A DNA stretch of 52,082 bases from Silvanigrellaceae bacterium (GCA_049423385.1 JBMSQQ010000010.1:1-52082), one strand, 5' to 3'; shown: positions 37,259 through 48,927, counted from the first letter of the stretch. The notes: generated by a model from the letters alone, not told the origin. Numbers and translations are program-made.

Positions 37259-37777
37259 TTGGATAGGAATGCCAAAGTCGCCTGGCGCGACGACGTGGTC
37301 AAATACCTAGACAAGTCGTCCGCGCTGTTTTTGGCGCAATATCAGGGCATGACAGTTGAGGAGCTGACCGAATTGCGTCGCGCTCTTAAGGCTGCCAATG
37401 CCGAATTCCGCGTCGTGAAAAACACGATTGCCAAGAAGGCGATTGAGGGTCGTCAGGAAAGCGTTATCGCTTCCGACCTCAAGAACCAAACGGGCATTGT
37501 GTTCGTATTCGGCGATGTTGCAGCGGCTGCCAAGGCATTTACCGAAGCTTCGAAGAAAAACGAGAAGCTGAAGGTTGTGTCTGGCTACATGGAAGCTTCA
37601 AAATTGGGCTCCAAACAGATCGAAGCTTTGGCTTCGCTTCCTTCTCGGGAAGTTCTGTTGGCCAAGATTTTGGGATCTTTGGTTGCACCACACCGTGGCA
37701 TGTTGGGCGTCGTTCAGGGCGTTCCACGCGCATTGGTCAGTGTGTTGAACCAAATCAAGGAAACCAAGTCTGCTTGA
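37259..37777 (+). CDS. rplJ: 50S ribosomal protein L10
   Basis: YQGMTV.ELTELR, VVKNT, LASLPSRE.LLA; TTG start behind GGGAGG. Confidence 0.95.
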   Translation: MDRNAKVAWRDDVVKYLDKSSALFLAQYQGMTVEELTELRRALKAANAEFRVVKNTIAKKAIEGRQESVIASDLKNQTGIVFVFGDVAAAAKAFTEASKKNEKLKVVSGYMEASKLGSKQIEALASLPSREVLLAKILGSLVAPHRGMLGVVQGVPRALVSVLNQIKETKSA

Positions 37778-37834
37778 TTTGTTGTTAACGTTAACTATTT
37801 GAAACTAATAGATTTTTAATAGGGAGTCTTAATT

Positions 37835-38212
37835 ATGTCGACTATCACTAAAGAGCAATTCATTGAATACATCAAGGGCCTCACTCTGATCCAAGCTGCT
37901 GAGCTCGTTAAAGAACTCGAAGAAATCTTCGGCGTTTCTGCTGCTGCTCCTGTTGCTGTTGCTGCTGTTGCTGGCGCTGCTGCTCCAGCTGCTGAAGCTC
38001 AGACCGAGTTCGAAGTCATCCTCAAGGCTGGCGGCGACAAGAAGCTCGACGTCATCAAGGAAGTTCGCGCTCTGACAGGCTTGGGCCTCAAGGAAGCCAA
38101 GGACCTCGTTGAAGGCGCTCCAAAGAGCCTCAAGGCTGGCGTGACCAAGGCTGAAGCTGAAGATATCAAGAAGAAGCTCACAGCTGCTGGCGCAACTGTT
38201 GACATCAAGTAA
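37835..38212 (+). CDS. rplL: 50S ribosomal protein L7/L12
   Basis: [33 protein letters not shown]. Confidence 0.97.
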   Translation: MSTITKEQFIEYIKGLTLIQAAELVKELEEIFGVSAAAPVAVAAVAGAAAPAAEAQTEFEVILKAGGDKKLDVIKEVRALTGLGLKEAKDLVEGAPKSLKAGVTKAEAEDIKKKLTAAGATVDIK

Positions 38213-38253
38213 TAGCCTCGAGTGGGGGATGACTCCGCTCAAGGTTTACTGAA

Positions 38254-38290
38254 GCAAGCCAACCGAATCTCTCGGTTGGCTTGACTTTTG
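38254..38290 (+). terminator. Terminator/attenuator hairpin between rplL and rpoB
   Basis: CAAGCCAACCGA-ATCTC-TCGGTTGGCTTG followed by ACTTTT; its 3' end overlaps a candidate promoter TTGACT-N16-TAAGTT (38281-38308). Confidence 0.6.
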
Positions 38291-38393
38291 CTATTAGGAA
38301 GATAAGTTTCGGCCTACATGCGCAAAAAGGCCCCACCGATGTGGGCCGGGCCCAATTGTGATTTTGGATCAGTAACGTAACGAGGTCCTCTTT

Positions 38394-41300
38394 ATGTCTA
38401 ATATGGCATCTAGTTTTGTTCGCCATCGGAGAAACTTTGCAAAGGTCCATCCGATTATCGGCATGCCTAATCTAATTGACATTCAAAAGAGGTCGTACGC
38501 CGAATTCCTCCAGGGTGTTGAGACAGCTGACACGAGAAGCGAAATTGGGCTTCAAGGCGTGTTCAAGAGTGTCTTCCCTGTCATGGATTTCGACAAGACG
38601 GCTTCTGTTGAATTTGTCAGTTACTCTCTCGACGAGTCGAAATACACTGTCGAAGAGTGCCGTTCAAAAGGTATGACTTATGCAGCGCCAATCAAGGTGC
38701 TCATCCGTCTGCTGATTTGGGACGTCGATCACGAGACCGGTGTCAAATCGATTCGTGGTTTCAAGGAGCAGGAAGTTTACTTTGGTGAAATTCCTCTCAT
38801 GACCGAAAACGGAACGTTCATCATCAATGGTACCGAGCGAGTTGTCGTGTCGCAGCTTCACCGTTCGCCCGGTGTGTTTTTTGATCACGACAAAGGCAAG
38901 ACTCTCTCGTCAGGAAAGCTTCTCTATAATGCTCGTATCATTCCTTACCGCGGTTCGTGGTTGGATTTTGAATTCGACACAAAAGACATTCTCTATTGCC
39001 GTATCGACAGACGTCGCAAAATGCCTGCAACGATTCTGCTCAAGGCACTCGGATACACAACAGAAGAATTGCTCAACCACTTCTATGAGCGTGAAACTAT
39101 CGTCCTGAAAGACGGAAAGTTCATGCGCAAGGTTGATTGGAAATTCCTCGGCAGCAAACGCGCTCCGTCGGATATCATCGATCCAAAGTCGGGCGAAGTT
39201 CTGGTCAAGCGCAACCGCAAGATCACCGCAAAGGTGGTTCGTCAAATGCAGGCTGCCAACGTGGACGCGTTGCCGATGACTGACGAAGAAGTCAGCAAGA
39301 AAATCATTGCGCGCGACATTGTTGATGAAGATACTGGTGAAGTGCTTTTCCCGGTCAATACGGAATTGGCGAAACCAGTTCTCGAGCAAGTCAAACTTCA
39401 GAATATTTCGAAGTTCGAAGTTCTGTTTATCGACGACGTGAACGTCGACTCGTCGTTCCGCGACACGCTGAACGCCGACAAAACCGCAAACCAGGAAGAA
39501 GCGCTCATCGAAATCTACAAGCGCATGCGTCCTGGTGATCCACCAACTTTGGACAATGCGAGCCAACTTTTCGACAACCTCTTCTTTGTCAAAGAGCGCT
39601 ACGACCTCTCCCGCGTTGGTCGTATGAAGTTGAACGAAAAGCTTGGGCTTGCTGAAAAGATCGACATCGATCATCGCACGCTGACGCGTGAAGACATTCT
39701 TGGCACCGTCAAGATGCTGCTCGCAGTTCGCGCCGGAACTGAAGTGGTCGATGATATCGACCACCTTGGTAATCGTCGTGTGCGTGCCGTTGGTGAATTG
39801 CTCGAGAACCAATACCGTATCGGTCTCACCAGAATTGAACGGGCCATTCGCGAGCGTCTGCAGCTTCAGGACCTCGACAGCCTGATGCCTCACGACCTTG
39901 TGAATGCGAAGCCTGTGACGGCTGTCGTCAAAGAATTCTTTGGCTCTTCTCAGCTGAGCCAGTTCATGGACCAAACCAACCCGCTTGCAGAAGTTTATCA
40001 CAAGCGCCGCTTGTCGGCCCTTGGACCAGGCGGTCTGTCGCGTGAGCGCGCAGGTTTCGAAGTCCGTGACGTTCACCCGACGCACTACGGACGTATCTGT
40101 CCAATTGAAACGCCTGAAGGTCCAAACATTGGTCTTATCGTCTCGCTTGCATCATATGCTCGCGTGAACCAATACGGATTTATCGAAACTCCTTATCGTG
40201 AAGTTGCTGATCGCAAACCAACGGATGGCGTGCGCTACTATTCATCAACAGATGAATGGCGTGATCACACCATTGCTCAGGCAAACGTGGGCCTCGACAA
40301 GTCGAAGGCGATTCCGACCAACCAGCTCATCAACACCCGCCGTGCCGGCGAAACAACAATGGCTTCGGGTGAAGAAGTTGACCTTATCGACGTTGCTGCA
40401 AACCAGCCGGTGTCGGTTGCTGCGTCGCTGATTCCGTTCCTCCAGAACGACGACGCCCACCGCGCGCTGATGGGTGCCAACATGCAACGCCAGGGTCTGC
40501 CACTTCTCAGAACCCGTGCGCCTTTGGTTGGTACTGGCATGGAGCGTAAAGTTGCATCCGACTCGGGAGTGACTGTCGTTGCCAAACGTTCAGGCACTGT
40601 CATCCGCGTTGACGCAGAGCGTATCGTTGTGAAGGCCAACGACGGTGCTGCAGATGCGACTGAAGTTGCTTCGGAAGTCGATATCTACAACTTGGTCAAA
40701 TATCAGCGTTCCAACGTTGATACTTGCATCAACCAGCGTCCAATTGTGAAGGTCGGCGAGCTTGTTGAAGCCGGCGACATCATCGCAGACGGTTTCTCGA
40801 CCGAAATGGGTGAGCTCGCGCTGGGACAGAACGTGGTTGTCGCGTTCATGCCTTGGCAAGGTTACAACTTTGAGGATGCGATCGTTGTCTCTGAGCGAGT
40901 CGTGAAAGACGACCTCTATACGTCGATCCACATCCAGGAATTCGAATGTGTCAGCCGTGACACCAAGCTGGGACGCGAGGAAATCACCTCCGATATTCCG
41001 AACGTGGGTGAAGAAGCGCTCAAGAACCTCGATGACGCCGGTGTTGTTCGCATTGGTGCAGAGGTAAAGCCTGGCGATATTCTGGTTGGTAAGTTGACTC
41101 CTAAGGCTGAAACCCAGTTGACACCTGAAGAGAAGCTCCTGCGCGCAATCTTCGGTGAGAAGGCTGCAGACGTTCGCGACACATCGCTGCGCGTTCCGCC
41201 TGGAGTTGTGGGTACGGTCATTGGTGCGAAAGTTTTCTCGCGTGAAGGCGCAGAGCCCGACAGCCGTATGCAGGCAGTCCAGGAACAAGAAATTGCGAAA

Positions 41301-42569
41301 CTCCGCAAGGACGAGCGCGATCGTATCGAGATTATCCGTCAGTCGGCATTGGAAAAGCTCCGTGCCATGATGGTTGGCGAAACAGCTGCAGTTGCGGTTG
41401 AGACCCAACACGATGGCGTCAGCCACAAGGTTGCCGCTGGTCAGAAGATCACTGAGCAGGCATTCCTGGGCATGTCGATTGACCAAATCCGCAAGCTGGA
41501 AGTTGTCAGTCCTGAAAAGAGCAGCACGCTTTCGAAAATCAAGAAGTCCATGGATGCAAAATTGAACCTCGTACACGCCATGACCGAAGAACAAATCGGC
41601 CGCGTGAAGCGCGGTGATGAACTGCCTCCAGGCGTCATCAAGATGGTCAAGGTCTATGTGGCAATCAAGCGTCGTCTCCAGGTGGGTGACAAGCTCGCTG
41701 GACGTCACGGTAACAAGGGTGTGATCTCAAAAATCGTGCCAGTTGAAGATTTGCCATTTCTCGAAAACGGACAGCCTGTCGACATCGTGTTGAGCCCGCT
41801 CGGCGTGCCTTCACGTATGAATATCGGTCAGGTCATGGAAACCCACTTCGGTTGGGCAGCTCGTGGCATTGGCGAGAAGATCAACGACATGCTCGACAAG
41901 GCCGCTCCGCGCGAAGAACTTGAAGCATACCTCTTGAAGGTTTGGGACGACGAGGGTGTCCGCAAGTTCATCAAGGGGTGCAGCAACGAAGAATTGCGTC
42001 ACTTTGTGCGAAAATACCGCGAGGGTGTGACACTCTCGAACCCGGTTTTCGATGGAGCCGAAGAGCGCGAAGTGTTCGATTACCTCAAGCTTGCAGGGCT
42101 TCCTGAAAGCGGACAGGTTGAACTCTATGATGGACGCTCAGGCGAGAAGTTCGACCGTCCGGTCACCGTCGGTGTCATGTACATCCTGAAACTTCACCAC
42201 TTGGTGGACGAGAAGATCCATGCCCGTTCGATTGGACCATACAGCCTTGTGACTCAGCAGCCCTTGGGCGGTAAGGCGCAATTCGGTGGTCAGCGTCTGG
42301 GTGAAATGGAAGTGTGGGCAATGGAAGCGTACGGAGCGGCTTACACTCTGCAGGAATTCCTGACCGTCAAGTCGGATGACATCGTTGGCCGCACAAAGAT
42401 GTACGAAGCAGTCGTGAAGGGAGAGAATATGATGCTCCCCGGTCTGCCTGAGTCGTTCAACGTCTTGGTCAAGGAAATGCAGTCACTCGCTCTCGATGTG
42501 AAATTGATCAGAGAAGGCGAAGAGGTCAGCCATGAAGACCTCCAACGTGAACAGAGGGAAACCCCATAA
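38394..42569 (+). CDS. rpoB: RNA polymerase beta subunit
   Basis: [49 protein letters not shown]. Confidence 0.99.
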   Translation: MSNMASSFVRHRRNFAKVHPIIGMPNLIDIQKRSYAEFLQGVETADTRSEIGLQGVFKSVFPVMDFDKTASVEFVSYSLDESKYTVEECRSKGMTYAAPIKVLIRLLIWDVDHETGVKSIRGFKEQEVYFGEIPLMTENGTFIINGTERVVVSQLHRSPGVFFDHDKGKTLSSGKLLYNARIIPYRGSWLDFEFDTKDILYCRIDRRRKMPATILLKALGYTTEELLNHFYERETIVLKDGKFMRKVDWKFLGSKRAPSDIIDPKSGEVLVKRNRKITAKVVRQMQAANVDALPMTDEEVSKKIIARDIVDEDTGEVLFPVNTELAKPVLEQVKLQNISKFEVLFIDDVNVDSSFRDTLNADKTANQEEALIEIYKRMRPGDPPTLDNASQLFDNLFFVKERYDLSRVGRMKLNEKLGLAEKIDIDHRTLTREDILGTVKMLLAVRAGTEVVDDIDHLGNRRVRAVGELLENQYRIGLTRIERAIRERLQLQDLDSLMPHDLVNAKPVTAVVKEFFGSSQLSQFMDQTNPLAEVYHKRRLSALGPGGLSRERAGFEVRDVHPTHYGRICPIETPEGPNIGLIVSLASYARVNQYGFIETPYREVADRKPTDGVRYYSSTDEWRDHTIAQANVGLDKSKAIPTNQLINTRRAGETTMASGEEVDLIDVAANQPVSVAASLIPFLQNDDAHRALMGANMQRQGLPLLRTRAPLVGTGMERKVASDSGVTVVAKRSGTVIRVDAERIVVKANDGAADATEVASEVDIYNLVKYQRSNVDTCINQRPIVKVGELVEAGDIIADGFSTEMGELALGQNVVVAFMPWQGYNFEDAIVVSERVVKDDLYTSIHIQEFECVSRDTKLGREEITSDIPNVGEEALKNLDDAGVVRIGAEVKPGDILVGKLTPKAETQLTPEEKLLRAIFGEKAADVRDTSLRVPPGVVGTVIGAKVFSREGAEPDSRMQAVQEQEIAKLRKDERDRIEIIRQSALEKLRAMMVGETAAVAVETQHDGVSHKVAAGQKITEQAFLGMSIDQIRKLEVVSPEKSSTLSKIKKSMDAKLNLVHAMTEEQIGRVKRGDELPPGVIKMVKVYVAIKRRLQVGDKLAGRHGNKGVISKIVPVEDLPFLENGQPVDIVLSPLGVPSRMNIGQVMETHFGWAARGIGEKINDMLDKAAPREELEAYLLKVWDDEGVRKFIKGCSNEELRHFVRKYREGVTLSNPVFDGAEEREVFDYLKLAGLPESGQVELYDGRSGEKFDRPVTVGVMYILKLHHLVDEKIHARSIGPYSLVTQQPLGGKAQFGGQRLGEMEVWAMEAYGAAYTLQEFLTVKSDDIVGRTKMYEAVVKGENMMLPGLPESFNVLVKEMQSLALDVKLIREGEEVSHEDLQREQRETP

Positions 42570-42625
42570 GGGTTTTTCCTCGGTTGAATCGTGTATGATG
42601 AATTCTTCGCCTCTAGGAGCTTAAG

Positions 42626-45600
42626 ATGAATGATAATCTGAGAACAGCGTACAGCTTCTTCGAAAAGCCAGTTGACCCTCTCGATTTCACTGCGGTCAAG
42701 ATAGGACTTGCTTCTCCCGAGCGCATTCGTAGCTGGTCGTTTGGTGAAGTCAAAAAGCCTGAAACAATCAACTATCGTACGTTCAAGCCCGAGCGTGATG
42801 GCTTGTTCTGCGGCAAAATTTTCGGCCCGGTTCGCGATTTCGAGTGTATTTGCGGAAAGTATAAGCGCAAGAAGCACCGCGGCACAGTGTGCGAAAAGTG
42901 CGGCGTTGAAGTTATTGAGAGCAAGGTGCGTCGCGAACGTTTGGGTCACATCAACCTGGCGTCACCGGTCGCTCATATTTGGTTCTTGAAGTGCTTGCCG
43001 TCCCGTATCGGTGCGGTGCTTGATTTGTCGTTGAAGGATCTTGAAAAGATTCTCTATTGCGAGTCCTACATTGTACTTGATCCCAAGGAAACAGACCTCA
43101 AGAAAAATGAGCTTCTCTCTGAGGACAAGTATCAGTCGAGCCTTCGTCAATATGGAAACAACACTTTCCGTGTGAGCATCGGTGCAGATGCAATCCTCGA
43201 GATGCTGCAAGGAATTGAGGTGTTTGAACTTGCGAATTACCTCCGCGAGGCGCTCAAAAACACAACCTCCGATGCGCAAACAAAGAAGCTCATCAAGCGT
43301 TTGAAAGTTGTTGGTGCGTTCATGACGAGCGACAACAGCGTTGAATGGATGATGCTCAACGTTATTCCCGTGTTGCCTCCCGACCTTCGTCCTCTGGTTC
43401 CATTGGACGGTGGACGTTTTGCAACTTCCGACCTCAACGACCTATATCGTCGTGTGATCAACCGTAACAATCGTCTTTTGCGATTGGGTGAATTGAATGC
43501 GCCCGAGATTATTGTTCGCAACGAGAAGCGCATGTTGCAGGAAGCTGTGGACGCGCTTTTTGACAACGGCCGCCGCGGAAAGACCTTCACCGGTCCAAAC
43601 AAGCGTCCATTGCGCTCGCTGTCGGACATGCTCAAAGGCAAGAATGGACGTTTCCGTCAGAACCTTCTCGGAAAGCGTGTCGACTACTCGGGTCGTTCCG
43701 TGATTGTTTCCGGACCCGAACTCAAGCTCCACCAGTGCGGCTTGCCCAAGCTGATGGCGCTCGAAATGTTCAAGCCATTCCTGTTCAACAAGCTCGAAGA
43801 GCGTGGATTTGTGTCCACCATCAAGAGCGCGAAGAAGATGGTTGAAAAAGAGCGTCCGGAAGTGTGGGACTTGCTTGAAGAAGTTACCAAAGAGCATCCG
43901 GTTCTCCTGAATCGTGCTCCTACTCTTCACCGTTTGGGTATTCAGGGGTTTGAACCAGTCCTCGTTGAAGGGAAGGCTCTTCAGCTTCACCCTCTCGTGT
44001 GCCAGGCATTCAACGCCGACTTCGACGGTGACACGATGTGTGTTCACGTCCCGCTCAGCCTGGAAGCCCAGATTGAGGCTCGCGTTTTGATGATGTCGAC
44101 AAACAACATTCTGTCGCCTCAGCATGGTACGCCAATCATCGAGCCAACCAAGGACATCGTTCTTGGACTGTACTATCTGACGCGCGAAAACGTCGGTGCC
44201 AAAGGCAGTGGCATGAAGTTTGCAAACCTGAACGAAGTGCGTGCGGCCTATGACCACGGACGTATCGATATCCATGCCCGCGTTTGGGTTCGTGCCAAGG
44301 CAAACGACAAGCAGCTGACCCAAACGACGGTGGGTCGTGTCATGTTGCGCGAAGTGGTACCAAATCGCGTGCCGTTCTTCGAAAAATACAACAAGGCCAT
44401 GGACAAGAAGAGCCTTGCTGCGTTGGTCAACGAAACCTACCGTTTGTGCGGTGCAAAGGACACGGTGCTCCTTGCAGACGCTCTGCGTGAATTGGGCTAT
44501 CGCCACGCAACCCAAGCGGGAATCTCGATCTCCATCAAGGACATGGTTATTCCGGCTGAAAAGGCAGGATTGCTTGGCCAGGCGCATGACGAAGTGCGTA
44601 CGGTCCACGAAGAGTACAACCAAGGCCTGATTACCGAGGGCGAACGTCACAACAAGGTGATCGACATCTGGTCACGTGTTCAGGACAACATTGCCGAGTA
44701 CATGTTCAAGCAGATCTCGACGCAAAAAGTGAAGGATGAAACTGGCAAGGACACGATCATCCCTTCATTCAACTCACTGTTCATGATGGCCGACTCCGGT
44801 GCGCGCGGTAGCAAGTCGCAGATGCGTCAGTTGGCAGGTATGCGCGGCCTGATGGCCAAGGCAACGGGCGAGATCATCGAAACGCCTATTACGGCAAACC
44901 TGCGTGAAGGCCTCACGGTGTTGCAGTACTTCATCAACACCCACGGTGCACGTAAGGGTCTTGCGGACACCGCGCTCAAGACAGCTTCGTCTGGTTACTT
45001 GACTCGTCAGCTCGTCGATGTCGCTCAGGATACGATTGTGTCCGAATACGATTGCGGCACGATGGACGGCATCGAAATGACGCCCGTGATCGACGGCGGC
45101 GAAGTGATTCAAAAGCTGGGTCAGCGGATTCTCGGCCGTACTTCACTCGAAGACGTCAAGAACCGCTCGACAGGCGAAGTTATTGTTCGCGCCAACGAAG
45201 AAATGTCCGAAGAAGTGAATATCAAGCTTGAAGCGGCCAAGATTGACCGGGTCAAGGTTCGTTCGGTTCTGACCTGTCGCACACGCCGCGGTGTTTGCGC
45301 GAAGTGCTACGGCCGCGACCTTGCAACGGGTAACCTTGTGAACGTGGGTGAAGCTGTGGGCGTCATTGCTGCTCAGTCCATTGGTGAACCAGGAACCCAG
45401 TTGACGATGCGTACGTTCCACCAAGGTGGTGCAGCATCGACACAGGCTCAACAGTCGTCACACGAAGCCAAGGTTGAAGGCACGGTTAAAGTGCTCAATT
45501 CAAACCTCGTGCGCGGTAAGGAAAAAGGCAAAGACCAGAATTGGTTCCGTGCGATGGGCCGCAACGGTGAGGTTGTTGTGTACGACCTCGACGGGAACGA

Positions 45601-46819
45601 GCGAGACCGTCACTCGATTCCATACGGTTCAAAGGTGTTCATCAAGGATGGACAAAATGTTGCCGTCGGCGATCAGTTGATTGAATGGGACCCGCACTCT
45701 GTCGTGATCGTTGCTGAAGTGGCCGGTAAGGTTCGCTACAGCGATATGGAAGAAGGTATTTCATACGAGGAGCGTCAGGAAGAAACCACGGGTATCTCTC
45801 GTCGCGTTATCCTTGAGACTCGCGATGCGAAGGTCAAGCCAGCACTTCTGGTTACAGATTCCTCTGGTACTGCAGTGAAGATCTCCCAGACACGCGATGC
45901 GAAATACCTGCTCCCGAGCGGTGCCACGGTTATGTTCGCCGACGGCGAGCCTGTGTTTCCTGGTGACATTCTCGCCAAGATTCCACGGGAACAGGCCAAG
46001 ACTCGTGACATTACCGGTGGTTTGCCTCGTGTTGCCGAGTTGTTCCTGGCGCAAAAACGCCGCACCTTTGCGATCATTTCCGAAATCGACGGTTACGTCA
46101 GCTTCGGTAAGGATACGAAGGGCAAACGCTGTGTTGTTGTGAAACCTGAATTCGGCGACCAAAAGGAATATTTGATTCCAAAGGGCCGTCACGTGGTTGT
46201 GACGGAAGGTGACTTTATCCGTGCGGGCGAACCGCTTGTGGATGGTTCCCTGAACCCACACGACATTTTGCGGGTCTTGGGTGAAAAAGCCCTGGCCAGC
46301 TACCTCGTGTCGGAAATTCAGGCAGTTTACAAGCTTCAGGGCGTGCCAATCGACGACAAGCACATCGAAATCATCGTCAAGCAGATGCTCCGTCGCGTGA
46401 AGATCAAGGATCCAGGTGACACCGAGTTCTTGCCTGCGGCTCAGGTTGAAAAGTGGACTTTCGAAGAACAGAACGAATTGGCAGTCGCGCGTGGAGCAAG
46501 ACCTGCTGTTGCTGAGCCTTTGTTGCTTGGTATCGCCAGGGCGGCGTCCTCGACCGAGTCGTTCATTTCTGCGGCGTCCTTCCAGGAAACGACGAAGGTC
46601 CTCACGGAGGCTTCTTTGTCGGGTCGTGTTGACCTCCTCCGCGGTCTTAAAGAGAACGTCATCATGGGTCGTCTGATCCCGGCTGGTACAGGTGTCAACC
46701 TGTACAAGAATGTTGATATGTTCGTGGAAGGCCAGACACTCGATGCGGAAGCGATCATTGAGGCTGCAACGCCTTCAATGGTGGCGCGTTTGGGTGGCCA
46801 TGCGCACAATTATCGCTAA
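42626..46819 (+). CDS. rpoC: RNA polymerase beta' subunit
   Basis: [51 protein letters not shown]. Confidence 0.99.
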   Translation: MNDNLRTAYSFFEKPVDPLDFTAVKIGLASPERIRSWSFGEVKKPETINYRTFKPERDGLFCGKIFGPVRDFECICGKYKRKKHRGTVCEKCGVEVIESKVRRERLGHINLASPVAHIWFLKCLPSRIGAVLDLSLKDLEKILYCESYIVLDPKETDLKKNELLSEDKYQSSLRQYGNNTFRVSIGADAILEMLQGIEVFELANYLREALKNTTSDAQTKKLIKRLKVVGAFMTSDNSVEWMMLNVIPVLPPDLRPLVPLDGGRFATSDLNDLYRRVINRNNRLLRLGELNAPEIIVRNEKRMLQEAVDALFDNGRRGKTFTGPNKRPLRSLSDMLKGKNGRFRQNLLGKRVDYSGRSVIVSGPELKLHQCGLPKLMALEMFKPFLFNKLEERGFVSTIKSAKKMVEKERPEVWDLLEEVTKEHPVLLNRAPTLHRLGIQGFEPVLVEGKALQLHPLVCQAFNADFDGDTMCVHVPLSLEAQIEARVLMMSTNNILSPQHGTPIIEPTKDIVLGLYYLTRENVGAKGSGMKFANLNEVRAAYDHGRIDIHARVWVRAKANDKQLTQTTVGRVMLREVVPNRVPFFEKYNKAMDKKSLAALVNETYRLCGAKDTVLLADALRELGYRHATQAGISISIKDMVIPAEKAGLLGQAHDEVRTVHEEYNQGLITEGERHNKVIDIWSRVQDNIAEYMFKQISTQKVKDETGKDTIIPSFNSLFMMADSGARGSKSQMRQLAGMRGLMAKATGEIIETPITANLREGLTVLQYFINTHGARKGLADTALKTASSGYLTRQLVDVAQDTIVSEYDCGTMDGIEMTPVIDGGEVIQKLGQRILGRTSLEDVKNRSTGEVIVRANEEMSEEVNIKLEAAKIDRVKVRSVLTCRTRRGVCAKCYGRDLATGNLVNVGEAVGVIAAQSIGEPGTQLTMRTFHQGGAASTQAQQSSHEAKVEGTVKVLNSNLVRGKEKGKDQNWFRAMGRNGEVVVYDLDGNERDRHSIPYGSKVFIKDGQNVAVGDQLIEWDPHSVVIVAEVAGKVRYSDMEEGISYEERQEETTGISRRVILETRDAKVKPALLVTDSSGTAVKISQTRDAKYLLPSGATVMFADGEPVFPGDILAKIPREQAKTRDITGGLPRVAELFLAQKRRTFAIISEIDGYVSFGKDTKGKRCVVVKPEFGDQKEYLIPKGRHVVVTEGDFIRAGEPLVDGSLNPHDILRVLGEKALASYLVSEIQAVYKLQGVPIDDKHIEIIVKQMLRRVKIKDPGDTEFLPAAQVEKWTFEEQNELAVARGARPAVAEPLLLGIARAASSTESFISAASFQETTKVLTEASLSGRVDLLRGLKENVIMGRLIPAGTGVNLYKNVDMFVEGQTLDAEAIIEAATPSMVARLGGHAHNYR

Positions 46820-46847
46820 GACGCTGAAATAGTGTGTGTTTGCAAAA

Positions 46848-46877
46848 TCCCCGGGTCAAACGCCCGGGGGTTTTTTT
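46848..46877 (+). terminator. Rho-independent terminator after rpoC
   Basis: TCCCCGGGT-CAAAC-GCCCGGGGG followed by T7. Confidence 0.85.
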
Positions 46878-46917
46878 ATGTGAAAAGTTCGCTTGGAATC
46901 TATTTTTCAAGCTTTGC

Positions 46918-46946
46918 TTGACAATGTTTCAGCTGTTGGATATGGC
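46918..46946 (+). promoter_or_regulatory. Candidate S10 operon promoter
   Basis: Perfect TTGACA, N17, weak -10 TATGGC; lies between the rpoC terminator and rpsJ. Confidence 0.45.
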
Positions 46947-46973
46947 TCGAGGCCCATACTTGGAGATGTCTAG

Positions 46974-47285
46974 ATGGAAAGCCAAAAAATTCGCATTCGT
47001 CTTAAGGGATACGACGCTTCACTTGTAGATCAAAGCGTTGCCCAAATTATCAACAAGGCAAAAGGAACTGGCGCGCGTATTGCCGGACCCGTTCCAATGC
47101 CAACTCTCATCAACCGTTATACGGTGTTGCGCTCTCCTCACGTCGATAAAAAGTCCCGTGAGCAGTTCGAAATCAGAACACACCGTCGCTTGATCGACTT
47201 GCTCGAGCCTAAGCAGCAGACGGTGGACGCGCTCATGAAGCTCGATCTTGCTGCTGGTGTTGATGTTGAGATCAATCTCTACTAA
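46974..47285 (+). CDS. rpsJ: 30S ribosomal protein S10
   Basis: [30 protein letters not shown]. Confidence 0.98.
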   Translation: MESQKIRIRLKGYDASLVDQSVAQIINKAKGTGARIAGPVPMPTLINRYTVLRSPHVDKKSREQFEIRTHRRLIDLLEPKQQTVDALMKLDLAAGVDVEINLY

Positions 47286-47367
47286 CGCGAGCCCGCCGCG
47301 TTAACGCGGTTGGTTCTTTTACAAACTGGCGCTGCGAACGACTCGCATCCAGTCCGAGGGAAGTCAT

Positions 47368-47919
47368 ATGATTCGTAATGCATTTATCAAGGTCGGCATG
47401 ACCAGTGCATTTACCGAAGCAGGAGAGGCTCAGGGAGTTACAGTTCTCCGCCTTCAACCTGCCAAGGTCGTCCGCCATGAGAGTCTCCAAGATGGGCGCA
47501 CTCTGGTTGTCGTGGAATACGACACCGGTGCAAAGAAGAAGACAACTCGTGGTTGGGCAGTCGCAAATGCCGCAGAATATCCTGTCGGCTCCTCTGTTAC
47601 CTCGCCGGCACTCACGGCAGGACAACTCATCAAATTGTCTGGTGTCTCCAAAGGTAAGGGCTTCCAAGACGCCGTAACGCGTCACGGTTTTGCAGGCGGT
47701 CCTGCAAGCCACGGTAGCCGTTTCCATCGCGCTCCCGGTTCTGTCGGTATGCGTACTGAGCCAGGCCGCACTCCAAAGGGCAAACGTCTGCCGGGTCATC
47801 ACGGCGATTCACAAGTCACACTGCGCAAAGTTCAAGTTGCTTATTGGTCCAGCGAAGAGTCACTTCTTGCTGTGGTCGGTGGAGTTCCTGGGGCTCGCGG
47901 CGGCTTGGTTTTAATTTAA
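47368..47919 (+). CDS. rplC: 50S ribosomal protein L3 (shortened, 183 aa)
   Basis: KVGMT, SKGKGFQ, GGPASHGS.FHRAPGS, GGVPG; position in the S10 operon. Confidence 0.93.
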   Translation: MIRNAFIKVGMTSAFTEAGEAQGVTVLRLQPAKVVRHESLQDGRTLVVVEYDTGAKKKTTRGWAVANAAEYPVGSSVTSPALTAGQLIKLSGVSKGKGFQDAVTRHGFAGGPASHGSRFHRAPGSVGMRTEPGRTPKGKRLPGHHGDSQVTLRKVQVAYWSSEESLLAVVGGVPGARGGLVLI

Positions 47920-47942
47920 TAAGGCGAGTGAGGAACACTGAG

Positions 47943-48539
47943 ATGTTGTCGCAAGTAAAAACATTACCCAATTGGTTGGCAGAAGGTGCAGAAAAGAACG
48001 AAGGCACCTTGTGGCAAGTTGTGAAGGCTTACCGAGCGAATCGTCGGCAAGGAACTGTTGGCGTGAAGACTCGCGCCATGGTCGCTTCGACCGGCAAGAA
48101 GCCTTACAAGCAGAAGAAGACGGGAAGCGCTCGTCGTGGTTCATTTGTTTCTCCATTGCACATTGGCGGTGGCGTTGCACATGGTCCAAAGGCGCGTGAC
48201 TACCGTGAAGCAATTCCGACGAAAATGGCGAACGTGGCGCTCCAAATCGCGCTCGCTCACCGTGTCAAGGCTGGCAAGGTATTCACTGGTGCTGTGGAAA
48301 TTCCTTCAGGCAAGACCAAGGATGCATGGAAATTGTTCAAGGCGATCGACGAGAAGGCTGGCAAAGTTCTTGTTTGCCTTTCGAATCCCTCTGAACTCAC
48401 GCTCCGTGCTGTTCGCAATATTCGTGGTGTTATTCTCGTGAAACCAGAACAAGTCACTGCTCTCGACATCGTTGAGTGCAGAAAGCTTGTTGCGACCGGA
48501 GAGGCGTTGGAAATCCTCTCTCGCCGGCTCACAAAGTAA
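47943..48539 (+). CDS. rplD: 50S ribosomal protein L4
   Basis: RQGT..KTR, GKKP.KQK.TG.AR.GS, GGGVAHGPK; ATG at 47943. Confidence 0.93.
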   Translation: MLSQVKTLPNWLAEGAEKNEGTLWQVVKAYRANRRQGTVGVKTRAMVASTGKKPYKQKKTGSARRGSFVSPLHIGGGVAHGPKARDYREAIPTKMANVALQIALAHRVKAGKVFTGAVEIPSGKTKDAWKLFKAIDEKAGKVLVCLSNPSELTLRAVRNIRGVILVKPEQVTALDIVECRKLVATGEALEILSRRLTK

Positions 48540-48550
48540 AGGGGTGAGAG

Positions 48551-48877
48551 ATGCGTTCTGATCTCGTGATTCTCGGTTCGATTCTGAGCGAAAAAGCGGT
48601 CACGCTTTCAGCTCAAAATGTTTTCGCTCTCAAAGTGGCGAAAAAGGCAACAAAGGCTGACGTCGCCAAAGCCGTCAAGTCTGTTTTTGGTGTTGAAGTT
48701 GTTGCAGTCAACACAGCTATTGTCCGCGGACGCACTGCTCGCAAGGCGCGCAGCAAGAACGCCGGACCTGTGACTGTGAAGGCTCCAAATTTCAAGAAGG
48801 CTTTCGTTCAGTTGAAAGAAGGACAAACCTTGCCTGTGGCAAGCTTCGTCGCTACCGAGACTGAACAAGGGAAATAA
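48551..48877 (+). CDS. rplW: 50S ribosomal protein L23
   Basis: SEKA, ATK..V..AV..FGVEV..VNT, KKAFV.L. Confidence 0.92.
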   Translation: MRSDLVILGSILSEKAVTLSAQNVFALKVAKKATKADVAKAVKSVFGVEVVAVNTAIVRGRTARKARSKNAGPVTVKAPNFKKAFVQLKEGQTLPVASFVATETEQGK

Positions 48878-48927
48878 TTAGAGTGGCGCGGAAAATGACC
48901 TCGTTATCGCGCCTGTAGGAGAGGTTT

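Noticed and set aside
37784..37795. 12-bp palindrome GTTAACGTTAAC in the AT-rich rplJ-rplL spacer
   Set aside because: Short and single, no supporting context; AT-rich spacers before rplL are ordinary
37935..37995. GCT/GTT trinucleotide-like repeats in rplL
   Set aside because: They encode the normal Ala/Val-rich hinge of L7/L12
38910..46363. Several 200-400 aa minus-strand ORFs opposite rpoB and rpoC
   Set aside because: Antisense shadows of highly expressed genes, with no motifs or SD
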